The translations under genes were made by a program, and so were the position numbers. A DNA stretch of 64,000 nucleotides from Candidatus Nanohalarchaeota archaeon (GTDB taxonomy: Archaea > Nanohalarchaeota > Nanosalinia > Nanosalinales > JAFCCC01), in NCBI GenBank assembly GCA_017610385.1, contig JAFCCC010000001.1, forward strand, positions 1 through 64,000. Direction: 5' to 3'. The notes under the pieces were generated by a model, which searched no databases, was not told where the DNA came from, and saw only the letters and a list, made by a program, of their open reading frames with translations. This document shows positions 39,676-49,268 of this stretch, in pieces. Within the stretch, counting starts at the first letter, position 1; each line of letters begins with the position of its first letter.

Positions 39676-39732
39676 CACTGTTCTTAAAAATAAAACTATT
39701 ACATTTTTATCTCATTGATTTCAATTAGATGT

Positions 39733-40074
39733 ATGGAAATTAAACAAGTTATTCTTCTAAGAACGGATTTAAAAATGAGTATAGGAAAGAGTGTAGCTCA
39801 GGCATGTCATGCGTCTTTAGAATCATATAAATTAGCAGATAAAAAATCAGTGAAGTCGTGGGAAAGGCAAGGCATGAAAAAGGTTATACTTAAAGTAGAT
39901 CAAGAAACAATATTAGACACATACAAAAAAGTGAAAGGGGAAAAGCTGCCTTGTTATCTCGTAAAAGATGCTGGTAGAACAGAATTAGCTTCGGGAACTA
40001 TAACTGCTTTGGGTATTGGACCCACAGAAGAAGACAAAATAAATAAATTTACAAAAGATCTAAAACTATTATGA
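39733..40074 (+). CDS. pth2: peptidyl-tRNA hydrolase Pth2
   Basis: GKSVAQACHA, DAGRTE, GIGP. Confidence 0.96.
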   Translation: MEIKQVILLRTDLKMSIGKSVAQACHASLESYKLADKKSVKSWERQGMKKVILKVDQETILDTYKKVKGEKLPCYLVKDAGRTELASGTITALGIGPTEEDKINKFTKDLKLL

Positions 40075-40081
40075 GGTAAAA

Positions 40082-41227
40082 ATGAGTGAAAATTTTAATT
40101 GGGGTTATTATTCAAGGACCTCCGGGGTACGTGGAACAATTAAAGAACAAATAGACGATTTTATAGTTAGAGAAAGAGCTACACACGATTTAGAAAAAGG
40201 AAATCATCTTATTCTCAAAATGACTAAATATAATTTAACTACTTTGGAAGCATTAAGAGAACTTTCAAATATTCTTCATGTGCCACTGGAAATTTTTGGA
40301 TATGCAGGAAATAAAGATAAAAGAGCGATAACAACACAACACATCTCTGCAAAAAACATGGACAGGGAACAATTTAAGAGGGTTTTTATTCCAAATATAG
40401 AATTAGAACCTTTGGGCTATGGTAAACATATTTCTTTGGGTCAGTTAGAAAGCAATAGTTTTGATATAACCATTAGAAAGATTAATGTAGATAGTGAAGA
40501 TATAATTGCAAGACTAAATGAAATCTGGAAGGAACTTAACGGAAGAATACCAAATTATTTTGGAGATCAACGATTTGGCACTGTTAGACCCATAACGCAC
40601 ATTATTGGTAAACACATTCTACAAGGAGATTATGATGCAGCAGTTTGGACATATATTGGAAAATCAGTTGAGACAGAACCAGAAAGAATTAGAAAAGTAA
40701 GAAAAGAGCTTTGGGAATCTCGAGACGCATCCAGGGCCGCAGAAAAATTCCCGAAACAGTTTGTTTATGAGAAAGTTTTATTATACTACCTTGCAAAAAG
40801 ACCCAAGGATTCTGTAGGTGCTATAAAACAATTGCCGTTAGGTTTACAAAAGTTATTTGTCCACGGATATCAATCGTATTTATTTAATATTGTTCTTTCA
40901 GAACTAATCAAAAAAGGCTTTGATAAAGAGTATGAGTTACCTTTGGTGGGATATAAAACTACATTTAAAAATTCAGAACCAGATCAGAAACTCAAAGAAC
41001 TATTAGAAAAAGAAAAAATGGATATAAGTTCTTTCAAGTTGTATGATCTTCCGTATTTAAAATTAGAAGGTTCTTATAGATCGTGTTTTGCCAAAGTAAA
41101 AAATTTCCGTATCATAAAAGCAGGAGAAGATGAATTAAATATGGGCAAAAACAAAGCAAAAATTAGTTTCGAACTAGGAAAAGGCTGTTATGCTACATCT
41201 GTTCTTAGAGAATTTATGAAGAAATAA
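40082..41227 (+). CDS. truD: tRNA pseudouridine(13) synthase TruD
   Basis: DFIV.E, GNKDKRAITTQ, NYFGDQRFG, YAT..LRE. Confidence 0.96.
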   Translation: MSENFNWGYYSRTSGVRGTIKEQIDDFIVRERATHDLEKGNHLILKMTKYNLTTLEALRELSNILHVPLEIFGYAGNKDKRAITTQHISAKNMDREQFKRVFIPNIELEPLGYGKHISLGQLESNSFDITIRKINVDSEDIIARLNEIWKELNGRIPNYFGDQRFGTVRPITHIIGKHILQGDYDAAVWTYIGKSVETEPERIRKVRKELWESRDASRAAEKFPKQFVYEKVLLYYLAKRPKDSVGAIKQLPLGLQKLFVHGYQSYLFNIVLSELIKKGFDKEYELPLVGYKTTFKNSEPDQKLKELLEKEKMDISSFKLYDLPYLKLEGSYRSCFAKVKNFRIIKAGEDELNMGKNKAKISFELGKGCYATSVLREFMKK

Positions 41228-41253
41228 AAACCTTGACTATCCTATAATACTGT

Positions 41254-42501
41254 ATGGCATTTTCACCAATAGACGGAATATATCTTACATATTCAACAAT
41301 CGGGATATTTATTTTTAGTGTGTTTGTTTTATTACATCTTCAAAATAAATCTAAATTTTATGATCAACCTAAACTAAAATACACGCCATTAGTAAGCATC
41401 ATTGTTCCTGCATGGAATGAAGAAAACGTTTTATCCGGTACTTTGGATTCTATAAATAAATTGAATTGGCCTAGAGACAAACTAGAAGTTATTGTAGTAA
41501 ATGATGGAAGTACAGATAAGACTTCAGAAGTAGCTAAAAGGTATGGTTGGGTAAAATTAATTGAAAAAGAAAATGGAGGAAAAGCTAGTGCATTGAATGC
41601 GGGTATAAAAAAAGCTCAGGGGGGCTTTATTGCATGCATAGATTCTGATTCTTATCCAGAACCAGATGCATTAAAATATCTAATGCCTCATTTTGAGGAA
41701 GATGGGGTTGGTGCGGTAGTTGCAACCATATTGCCAAAATCTCCCAAAACGTTTATTCAAAAATTGCAAGCCATAGAATATACTGTTATAGCATGGAATA
41801 GAAAACTCCTGCAATTTATTGATGCGATTTATGTTACACCCGGTGCCTTGGCAATTTATAGAAAAGACGCTCTTGAAAAAATCGGTAATTTTGATGAAAA
41901 ATGCATCACAGAAGACATTGAAATAACCTGGAGACTTCAAAGAGCTAGATACAAGGTACGAGCAAGTTTAAATGCAAGAGTATATACAGATGTGCCAAAA
42001 ACACTACGAGTGTGGTGGAAACAAAGACTAAGATGGCATCTTGGAGGCGAACAAACTATTCTAAAACATAGAGGCGCATTTTTTGACAAAAATAAAAATA
42101 AAGTAAAAACATTTATTGCACCCTATCAAATTTCATCGTATATAGTAAGCATTTTAGGGATAAGTACTGGATTTTACATCTTCGCTCGTTTGATGTATAG
42201 ATTGATCTTGTTTGGCTCATTAGCCAGTAAAGTTGGGCTTACATTCAAAGAACAGACTAAGCTATTTGCACCAGTTTTTCTACCAAATATTTTCCTGATT
42301 TTTGGACTTTTAATTTTCACAACATCTATTATATTTACAAAGTTAGCAACCAGTAGCGTTAAATACGAGCAGGTAAGTACATTCTCCAGCATAAAATATG
42401 CAATTAGACTGCTAATCTATGTATCTTTATATGTTATGATATTCCCATTTGTACTTATACACTCCTTATGGAGGTTAGCAATTAGGAGGATTGATTGGTA
42501 A
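41254..42501 (+). CDS. GT2 processive glycosyltransferase
   Basis: DGSTD, GKASALN, DSD, TED, QRLRW. Confidence 0.92.
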   Translation: MAFSPIDGIYLTYSTIGIFIFSVFVLLHLQNKSKFYDQPKLKYTPLVSIIVPAWNEENVLSGTLDSINKLNWPRDKLEVIVVNDGSTDKTSEVAKRYGWVKLIEKENGGKASALNAGIKKAQGGFIACIDSDSYPEPDALKYLMPHFEEDGVGAVVATILPKSPKTFIQKLQAIEYTVIAWNRKLLQFIDAIYVTPGALAIYRKDALEKIGNFDEKCITEDIEITWRLQRARYKVRASLNARVYTDVPKTLRVWWKQRLRWHLGGEQTILKHRGAFFDKNKNKVKTFIAPYQISSYIVSILGISTGFYIFARLMYRLILFGSLASKVGLTFKEQTKLFAPVFLPNIFLIFGLLIFTTSIIFTKLATSSVKYEQVSTFSSIKYAIRLLIYVSLYVMIFPFVLIHSLWRLAIRRIDW

Positions 42502-42502
42502 A

Positions 42503-43174
42503 ATGAAAAAATTGATTTTAACTGCGGCCACAATAACTGCAACGGTTGTTCTTTTGGGTCTATTGATGGGTTATTGGATGGAAAATCGCAGGGTCTCTTC
42601 TATCAGTAAAGAAATCGAAGATCTAAGTATTCAAAACAATGATGCACTTCTTCAAATGGCTTATTTTGAAACGTTTCAGACTAAAGAAAATTTCTGCGAA
42701 TCTGTGGTACCAACAACAATAGACTTGCTGCGAAACGCCATTGATAAAGGAATGAAATTGGAAAGATATGAAACAATTAATCGGCTTGCACCGGGGTATA
42801 TTTTAGAAAAGAAAAAATATGCCACTATCTTGTTAAGATTGTGGTTTAATGTAATCCAATTAAGAGAAATTTGTGACGAAAACTATTCTACGATTATTTA
42901 TTTGTACAATCATGATCCAATTAATGGAGCAGAAAAAACAAGACAGGATATTCAAAGTAGAGCATTATTAGAATTAGAGCACGTATGTGGAAAAGAAAAA
43001 ATACTGTTGTTTGCATTACCTTCAGATTTAGAACTCACTACGATAACACTACTCAAAAAACAATATAATATCACTCAAGTACCAAGCATAATCATTAATG
43101 AAAAATACGTTTTTAAAGGTATAACAAATTATAATGAAATAATTCCGTATACGAATTGTGATTTAAATGGCTGA
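42503..43174 (+). CDS. membrane-anchored protein with C-terminal thioredoxin-like fold
   Basis: N-terminal TM; YNITQVPSIIIN. Confidence 0.65.
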   Translation: MKKLILTAATITATVVLLGLLMGYWMENRRVSSISKEIEDLSIQNNDALLQMAYFETFQTKENFCESVVPTTIDLLRNAIDKGMKLERYETINRLAPGYILEKKKYATILLRLWFNVIQLREICDENYSTIIYLYNHDPINGAEKTRQDIQSRALLELEHVCGKEKILLFALPSDLELTTITLLKKQYNITQVPSIIINEKYVFKGITNYNEIIPYTNCDLNG

Positions 43175-43499
43175 AAAAAAATCAACTAAAGAAATGTCTT
43201 TTAGATCAAAAATCTATTTCTTGATTCTGTTAGCCGTAATTATTTTTGCGGTAATTTTACTTTATAAATATTTTGATAATCAGGCAGTATTACGAGAATG
43301 TGCAGAAATAGAACAAGAAATTTTAATGAATCCAGAACTTCAAAAATTGAATTCAACATGCATTTGTCAGCCAGGACGATTATATAAAAATAAAATTAAC
43401 TATAGTGCGGAACTCGATAGCAAAGCAGAACTAAGATATATGGTAATTTGCCAGTCAAATAATCAAACAAGGCTTTATCCTATTTGGAAGTCTAAGTAA
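43167..43499 (+). CDS. hypothetical membrane-anchored protein
   Basis: single TM; overlaps the upstream gene. Confidence 0.7.
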   Translation: MAEKKSTKEMSFRSKIYFLILLAVIIFAVILLYKYFDNQAVLRECAEIEQEILMNPELQKLNSTCICQPGRLYKNKINYSAELDSKAELRYMVICQSNNQTRLYPIWKSK

Positions 43500-43536
43500 A
43501 AATTAAGAGGCGTTATTGTCTAAGTAAAAATTAAGA
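43490..43536. repeat. 19-bp direct repeat at a convergent gene junction
   Basis: GTCTAAGTAAAAATTAAGA at 43490 and 43518. Confidence 0.85.
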
Positions 43537-44475
43537 TGTGCTGTCTAATTTACCAATTTCTCGTTCAATCACAATCAAATTTGTTCTTCCGCGTTTTGTT
43601 TTTTTGATCAAATCTCTTTTTTCTAGATTATGAATCAGTCTAGATGCCTTTGCCTTTGATAGATTTAATTCTCGCACAATATTTCGTTGAGTGCTTTTCT
43701 TATCTTTTTTGATTAGAAATTCAAGAATCTGTTTTTCATCATCTGTTAAAGCAGGCATTAGGGACGCAATACTACCTGAGTTTTTCCTTAAAGTTCTTTT
43801 ATTATTAATTATAAAGAATACAATGACAATTGCAAAAATCACCCCAAGAGGTATAAAAACAAATATGGGGAAGTTACCGAAAAAGCCGATTTTTTCATAA
43901 TATGCTCTAAAATGCAAAGTTGTGCCTAAAACTACTTTGGCATCTGTCCAATCTATAGTTATCTGACGTCCAGTACTACCGATAATTCCTGTTGGTGGAT
44001 CTATTGGAATTACAGAACTATCATTTTCTTTAAAAATAACATATCCTTCAGGAAGAATCAATTTAACCGCATATAATTTAGTAGGATCTACAATACTGTG
44101 TTGATATTCAAATCGCTCTATTTTATCTTTTTGTGATACTAAATCTTTTGTCTGAAATGATAATTTAACACTATAATTCTCTTTAAATGTGGGAATACAA
44201 ATAAACTCTGTACCAATATTTAGGATTCTTATTTCACAATTAAGTCTTCCAAATGAATCGGAAGCAATAAATTTTTGAACATTATATGGAACCAAATACG
44301 AAAGCTTATCTGATGTTAGTTCTCGGTAGAATAACGTAATATCTACCGATGTAGACTTCCCCAGAGAAATACTTACTTCTTCGCGCGATATTTCTGTTCC
44401 GTGCACCACAAACACCAAAAACTGGGCTAATACCAATAATGAAACTATTTGGAACAGTCTACGAAGGATTCTCAT
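43531..44475 (-). CDS. membrane protein with C-terminal winged-HTH domain
   Basis: signal peptide, TM, LTDDE...TQ...LSKAKASR...GRTN. Confidence 0.85.
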   Translation of the reverse strand: MRILRRLFQIVSLLVLAQFLVFVVHGTEISREEVSISLGKSTSVDITLFYRELTSDKLSYLVPYNVQKFIASDSFGRLNCEIRILNIGTEFICIPTFKENYSVKLSFQTKDLVSQKDKIERFEYQHSIVDPTKLYAVKLILPEGYVIFKENDSSVIPIDPPTGIIGSTGRQITIDWTDAKVVLGTTLHFRAYYEKIGFFGNFPIFVFIPLGVIFAIVIVFFIINNKRTLRKNSGSIASLMPALTDDEKQILEFLIKKDKKSTQRNIVRELNLSKAKASRLIHNLEKRDLIKKTKRGRTNLIVIEREIGKLDSTS

Positions 44476-44580
44476 AATGAAAATTTGGTGTAATGATAAT
44501 ATAAAACTATGTAAAATTTCCCAAAAACAGACTAATCTTTAAAAAGCGCCAAAGATATATACTGTAATAGGTGAAATTAA

Positions 44581-44784
44581 ATGACTGAACTACCAAAAGC
44601 ACCAGTTAAAAGAATACTTGCTAATGCGGGAGCCAGAAGGGTTTCAAATAATGCTGTAGATGCGTTTGTTAAGGCATTAGAAAAATTTACTGCTGAACTT
44701 ACAAAAGACGCAGTAAAAATGGCAAAAAGAACTGGTCGCAAAACAATCCAAAAGAAAGATGTTCTTGCAGCAAGAAGAGCATAG
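44581..44784 (+). CDS. archaeal histone
   Basis: ELPKAPVKRI...GARRVS...GRKTI..KD. Confidence 0.95.
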   Translation: MTELPKAPVKRILANAGARRVSNNAVDAFVKALEKFTAELTKDAVKMAKRTGRKTIQKKDVLAARRA

Positions 44785-44826
44785 AAAAATGGGGACTTTT
44801 TAATTTATTTTTACTCCCTTTTATTT

Positions 44827-45255
44827 TTATTCTCGATCTAAAATAACTAAGCCACCAAGACCAGATTCTAAGAATTTGTGCATCATTCCGGCAACAGAAT
44901 TAACACCATCTTGAAGTTCCCCTAGATTAATTTCGATCTTTTTCGGTTCTAGAATTTCAATCATTGTAGGTCCATAATTTAAAGTAATATTAATTAAACT
45001 AGAAAAGCCATTAACAACGAATTCAATTTCACAAATTTGAGAATAACCTTTTTCTACTTTGGGGTGTGGTTTATCTATCTCCTGAACTTCTTCAAATGTT
45101 TCTTTGGTAAAACTAACTGTTTTCTCGTCTTTCAAGGATTTAATATGGTCTTTTAATGATTTTTCAGCTAGGGTTTTATCTGTAGCTAAAATTTCAAACA
45201 AGGCCCACACCATAATCTGCCCCTTTTTAAGTTCCATAAAATCAAATTTGAACAA
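44827..45255 (-). CDS. conserved hypothetical protein
   Basis: FEILA...YGPTMIEILEP pattern. Confidence 0.75.
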   Translation of the reverse strand: MFKFDFMELKKGQIMVWALFEILATDKTLAEKSLKDHIKSLKDEKTVSFTKETFEEVQEIDKPHPKVEKGYSQICEIEFVVNGFSSLINITLNYGPTMIEILEPKKIEINLGELQDGVNSVAGMMHKFLESGLGGLVILDRE

Positions 45256-45370
45256 ACTCTTAAGTAAGTTACGATTTTATTACCAAATATAAATCTTTAC
45301 ATTCACAGTTTGCATAAGTAGTAGATAAGCTTTTCAAATAAAAGCGAATAAACTGACGGGCATTTTAGCT

Positions 45371-45508
45371 GCCACAGTGGCTCAATTGGCAGAGCAGCTG
45401 CTTCGTATTGTAATGAGGAGGACACTTATTCCGATAAAATATGAGGACGTGAACACCCCCCGAACAAGAATCAGCAGCAGGTTGTGGGTTCAACTCCCAT
45501 CTGTGGCT
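45371..45508 (+). tRNA. tRNA-Thr(CGU) with 65-nt intron 45408-45472 (37/38)
   Basis: acceptor GCCACAG/CTGTGGC; GCTGC-TTCGTA|A-GCAGC; U73; BHB with one mismatch. Confidence 0.93.
45413..45463 (+). ncRNA. box C/D sRNA inside the tRNA-Thr intron
   Basis: ATGAGGA-11nt-CCGA-6nt-ATGAGGA-12nt-CCGA. Confidence 0.8.
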
Positions 45509-45792
45509 ATAGTAAATAAAATAACAATAGAAAAATACATCAAAACATTTTGAAAATAGAAAGTGTATCATAATACGTTTTGAGGTGAGATTAACTGATT
45601 TTAACTATAAAGTATACGGGATATTGGTATTAAACAATAGAAAAATGCAACAAAAGAATTAACAGGATGATAACCTTGATTTGAAGTATCATTTAAATTT
45701 AATGCAAAAGATAGGGAAAATGTTTCACACAAAGGAAGAATTAGAAAATAGAGGCATAGTTATTTTAGGTATAAGAAACAAATATAGGTATA

Positions 45793-46098
45793 ATGATAAT
45801 AGAGAAAAAAACATGGCCTGAACTTTTTCAGGATATATCTGATGGGAAGAAAAAATTCGATGTCAGAATGGCTGACTTTAAATGTCGGGTAGGGGATACA
45901 CTAATTCTAAAAGAATGGCTTCCAGATAAAGAAGATTATACGGGAAGAGAATTAGAAAAAGAAGTAAGTTATGTTTTAAAAACGAAATATCATCCCTTTT
46001 GGAGTAAAGATCAATCGAGCAAATATGGATTCCAAATAATAGGATTTAAACAAGAGGAAGAGAAAAAACCAGAAGAAATTATTAAAAGTGAAAACTAA
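45793..46098 (+). CDS. ASCH/DUF3850 domain protein
   Basis: KTWPELF...GKKKFDVR...GD.L.L.EW...YTGR. Confidence 0.85.
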   Translation: MIIEKKTWPELFQDISDGKKKFDVRMADFKCRVGDTLILKEWLPDKEDYTGRELEKEVSYVLKTKYHPFWSKDQSSKYGFQIIGFKQEEEKKPEEIIKSEN

Positions 46099-47093
46099 GA
46101 TTTTCCATTAAGAATTTCCTCATAAACGTGAATGTATTTGTTTGCAGTTTTATCTAAAGAGCGTGCTTTAGCTGCATTTCTTCCGTTTTTGATAAACCTT
46201 TCCCTAATTTTTGGATGTTCTATTAGTTTAGATAATTTTTCTTTAAGATCTAATGTGTCTTGGCATAAAAAACAATTTTTTCTATCTTTCAATAATCCAT
46301 GATATGCAGGAATATCGCGCGCAACAATAGCGGTGCCACAACCCAATGCCTCCAAAACAACTAAACCCTCTGTTTCAAATTTAGAACATTGTAAAAATAC
46401 TTTAGCGGAATTATACGCACCAATCATCTCAGTTTGAGATAAATAACCCAAAAAATTAAAGTTTGGTGGAGCTTTAATGTGATTAAATAGCCGTTTAGCA
46501 AAAGACGTTGGGAAGATAGGTAAAATCTCTCCGGCATGCGCAAACTCGTATTCAGTTTCGCTAGCTATCTTTATTGCTGTTTTTAAATCTTTTCTTGGAT
46601 CATTTATTCTTCCAATTACAAAAACAAAGTCTTTTAATCCGAAATTATCTTCAAAGTGCTTTTTTAAGTCATTATTTCGACGCATAGTTCTTAAATCAAT
46701 TCCATTAGAAATTGTAATTACTTTTTCGAAATTTTGCGTTCTCATTGCAGATTCAACATGTTTTGTAGGTGTAATTAGTAAATCGAACTTAGAATAGAAT
46801 TTTTTGTAAAAATCCCAACTTAATTTGTTCACAAACTCAAACGGCACATATGCATTTTTGAAATCATTTGGATTCGCGTGAATCGTTCCAACAAATTTCT
46901 TATCAGGATACTTATTCAATACATAATGCGCAATATGCAATGGAGAGTGAGCATGAATTATATCTGCATCTTTAAATCCATTATTCCTATAAACTGTGAT
47001 TCCTTTTTCTTCTAACCTTTGTATAATACGATTAACAGCATATGTTCTTCCATAACCAATCGTTTCAAATTCCGAAATAAAGGAAACTTTCAT
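46095..47093 (-). CDS. GT4 glycosyltransferase
   Basis: ISNGID, ETEGLVVLEA. Confidence 0.9.
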   Translation of the reverse strand: MKVSFISEFETIGYGRTYAVNRIIQRLEEKGITVYRNNGFKDADIIHAHSPLHIAHYVLNKYPDKKFVGTIHANPNDFKNAYVPFEFVNKLSWDFYKKFYSKFDLLITPTKHVESAMRTQNFEKVITISNGIDLRTMRRNNDLKKHFEDNFGLKDFVFVIGRINDPRKDLKTAIKIASETEYEFAHAGEILPIFPTSFAKRLFNHIKAPPNFNFLGYLSQTEMIGAYNSAKVFLQCSKFETEGLVVLEALGCGTAIVARDIPAYHGLLKDRKNCFLCQDTLDLKEKLSKLIEHPKIRERFIKNGRNAAKARSLDKTANKYIHVYEEILNGKS

Positions 47094-47148
47094 CTTTTAT
47101 TTAATTAATCTTGGCAAAGTTTTTAATATTCTTTTCGCACATAATAAA

Positions 47149-47514
47149 GTGATAAATATGGAAGAACTACAAAAAAAAGCGGATTCTATTTTTGTAAAGG
47201 TTGATGGATACAGAATTATTCTTCAAGATTTAGAAGGTACAAAACAGATTATTGAGAATTTGAAGGAAGCAATCTCTGTGTTAAATCGGGTTACAGAAGT
47301 AAAAGAAAAAAGTGTGTCTGCGGTTATAGATAACATTGCCAGATTAAATGAAAAACTAATTTCAATTTCTTCACAATTACCCGATGTAAGAGAACCAATT
47401 TTAAATCCAATAATGTCTCAGCAAATGCCGTCGCAAGGAATCATTAAAGATACGGTAAATGATCTCAGAGGAGAACTTGAAACACTAAAGAATGATCTCT
47501 CTAAAATCAGATAA
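47149..47514 (+). CDS. hypothetical coiled-coil protein
   Basis: IFVKVDGY followed by heptad pattern. Confidence 0.7.
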   Translation: MINMEELQKKADSIFVKVDGYRIILQDLEGTKQIIENLKEAISVLNRVTEVKEKSVSAVIDNIARLNEKLISISSQLPDVREPILNPIMSQQMPSQGIIKDTVNDLRGELETLKNDLSKIR

Positions 47515-47607
47515 TTTTGTCTTTAGACAGATATTTAAATTTGTTCTCAGAATGAAAGGGTAGTGGGTTGCTTGCAACTCGCAGGTGTGTTAACTGGCAT
47601 TTCAGTT

Positions 47608-47721
47608 GCGGGGGTAGCCAAGTGGTCAACGGCGATAGGCTCAAGTACTGAATTTGAGATCTGATTTAATGAAGAAACCTATTCCCATAGGGGTTCGTCG
47701 GTTCGAATCCGGCCTCCCGCA
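47608..47721 (+). tRNA. tRNA-Leu(CAA) with 31-nt intron 47646-47676 (37/38)
   Basis: acceptor GCGGGGG/CTCCCGC; long variable arm; ATAGG-CTCAAG|A-CCTAT. Confidence 0.93.
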
Positions 47722-47847
47722 CAATCCCAAAATCTTGATTTAATTCTAATTGGCGCCGAAAAAGTGAACGAACTATCAAATAGATTAAGAAAAGATGGCT
47801 TTAGTGTTATTCAAAAAGAAATACTGGGATGGCTTGTGAATTTATTC

Positions 47848-48180
47848 TCATTTCTTTGGTTCTAATATTTGAAATTCAAATCCGTTTGTCAATTTTGCAT
47901 TTCTGTTGCAGATTGGACAGCGAGCATTACTCATTCCTTTATGTGTAATTCCTTCTCCTTCATAACCACATTCGCATTTAATCAGAGAGCGGGTTGTTAC
48001 AATATCTAATGTGGTATGAGTCAGTTGTGTATTTTTGGTCATTAAATCAAAAATCATTCTAAACGTGGTGGGGTCCGCTAGAACAGAACCTAATCTCAAT
48101 ACAATTGATCCATTATATTTTCTATTTAGAACCTCTAAAATAGTATTCATTACCAAATCTGCTTCCTTCATTTTCTTCAC
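47848..48180 (-). CDS. HypA-like Zn-finger protein
   Basis: LRLG...F..MTKNT, CECG...CPIC...G.EF; MHE motif reads MKE. Confidence 0.7.
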   Translation of the reverse strand: MKKMKEADLVMNTILEVLNRKYNGSIVLRLGSVLADPTTFRMIFDLMTKNTQLTHTTLDIVTTRSLIKCECGYEGEGITHKGMSNARCPICNRNAKLTNGFEFQILEPKK

Positions 48181-48602
48181 TTAATTTTTTGAATCTGTGA
48201 ACAGTAGGTGTATATTTCGTATTCGTCTTTATATTTCTGAAATTTTCCTTCAACACTCACACGATCTCCTATAGTTAGATCGCTTTTACCTTTATAGGCA
48301 CTACAAAAAATCAGAATTTCATTTGATCCATCAGAAACCTTAAGTCGTTGATAAACGTAACCTTTTTTAGAAGTATAATCCTTCAAAACAGCAGAAATAT
48401 TGCCTGCTACTTTAATATTTTGATCTAAAGGACGCTTAGACAACAACTGGGTTATTGTATATGTTCCACTATTCTTGGTTGAATCAAATTGTGTTGAATT
48501 GGACATAGAAGAAGCTGTTGTATCAGAAAATATTAAAGAAATCAAAACAGTTCCAATAATTAAAATTGTGACGTAAATGAATCTTTTTAACTCTTTATCC
48601 AT
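48177..48602 (-). CDS. membrane-anchored OB-fold protein
   Basis: TM followed by VSDGS...GDRVSVEG..Y...EI. Confidence 0.75.
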   Translation of the reverse strand: MDKELKRFIYVTILIIGTVLISLIFSDTTASSMSNSTQFDSTKNSGTYTITQLLSKRPLDQNIKVAGNISAVLKDYTSKKGYVYQRLKVSDGSNEILIFCSAYKGKSDLTIGDRVSVEGKFQKYKDEYEIYTYCSQIQKIK

Positions 48603-49015
48603 ACAATCAACCTCTGATGATATTTCCATAAAACAAAAATTAAAAGTGAAAATAAAATAATCATTAAGTTTCCTAGTAGACTACTAGAATAAACTAAATT
48701 TAAAGAGTAGTATTTTTCATACGGAAAAAGCCACATAATTCCCATAGGCGTTAATGAATCTAAAAATAAATGAGTTAAAAAACCAATGGCAAAAGCCAAA
48801 GTCGAACTTTTATTTTGGGTTATTAAATAGAACAGAGTCGTTAGAACAATTAGCGCAATAGGCGTGTGCAGAATTCCTCTATGTACTAAAGGAAAAGCGA
48901 AGGTAAAGGTTAAATCCAAATCAGGGAGAATAGAGCTAATTATTCCTGCGACAATAGGCAATCTTAGAATATAAATTAGTGAAAATGCGAAAATCACATG
49001 AGTTAATCCGATCAT
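48587..49015 (-). CDS. YdjM-like inner-membrane metal-dependent hydrolase
   Basis: TH, LPDLD, HRGILH, HLFLD..T..G. Confidence 0.88.
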   Translation of the reverse strand: MIGLTHVIFAFSLIYILRLPIVAGIISSILPDLDLTFTFAFPLVHRGILHTPIALIVLTTLFYLITQNKSSTLAFAIGFLTHLFLDSLTPMGIMWLFPYEKYYSLNLVYSSSLLGNLMIILFSLLIFVLWKYHQRLIVWIKS

Positions 49016-49112
49016 TGAATTATAATTAAATTCTTGGCCATAAATTTATAACGGAACAAGAGGAATGGCGCTTAAAGCGAGTTTAAACGTGCTTAAGACA
49101 AATAAAAAGAAA

Positions 49113-49218
49113 TAGCGAGAGATGGATTTGAATTCGACAGATTTGGCCATGACCAATAATCTTCCATCGACCTTCGGGTTATGAGCCCGACGAGCACTCC
49201 TGACTGCTCCATCTCGCT
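49113..49218 (-). tRNA. initiator tRNA-Met(CAU) with 31-nt intron 49133-49163 (53/54)
   Basis: A1-U72; GGG/CCC anticodon stem; BHB CGAT/GTCG with GG|A and AA|T bulges and AGATT/AATCT stem. Confidence 0.93.
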
Positions 49219-49268
49219 ATATAATCTACATTAATTTTATACATAAACCTTATAAACGTGATGCCACC

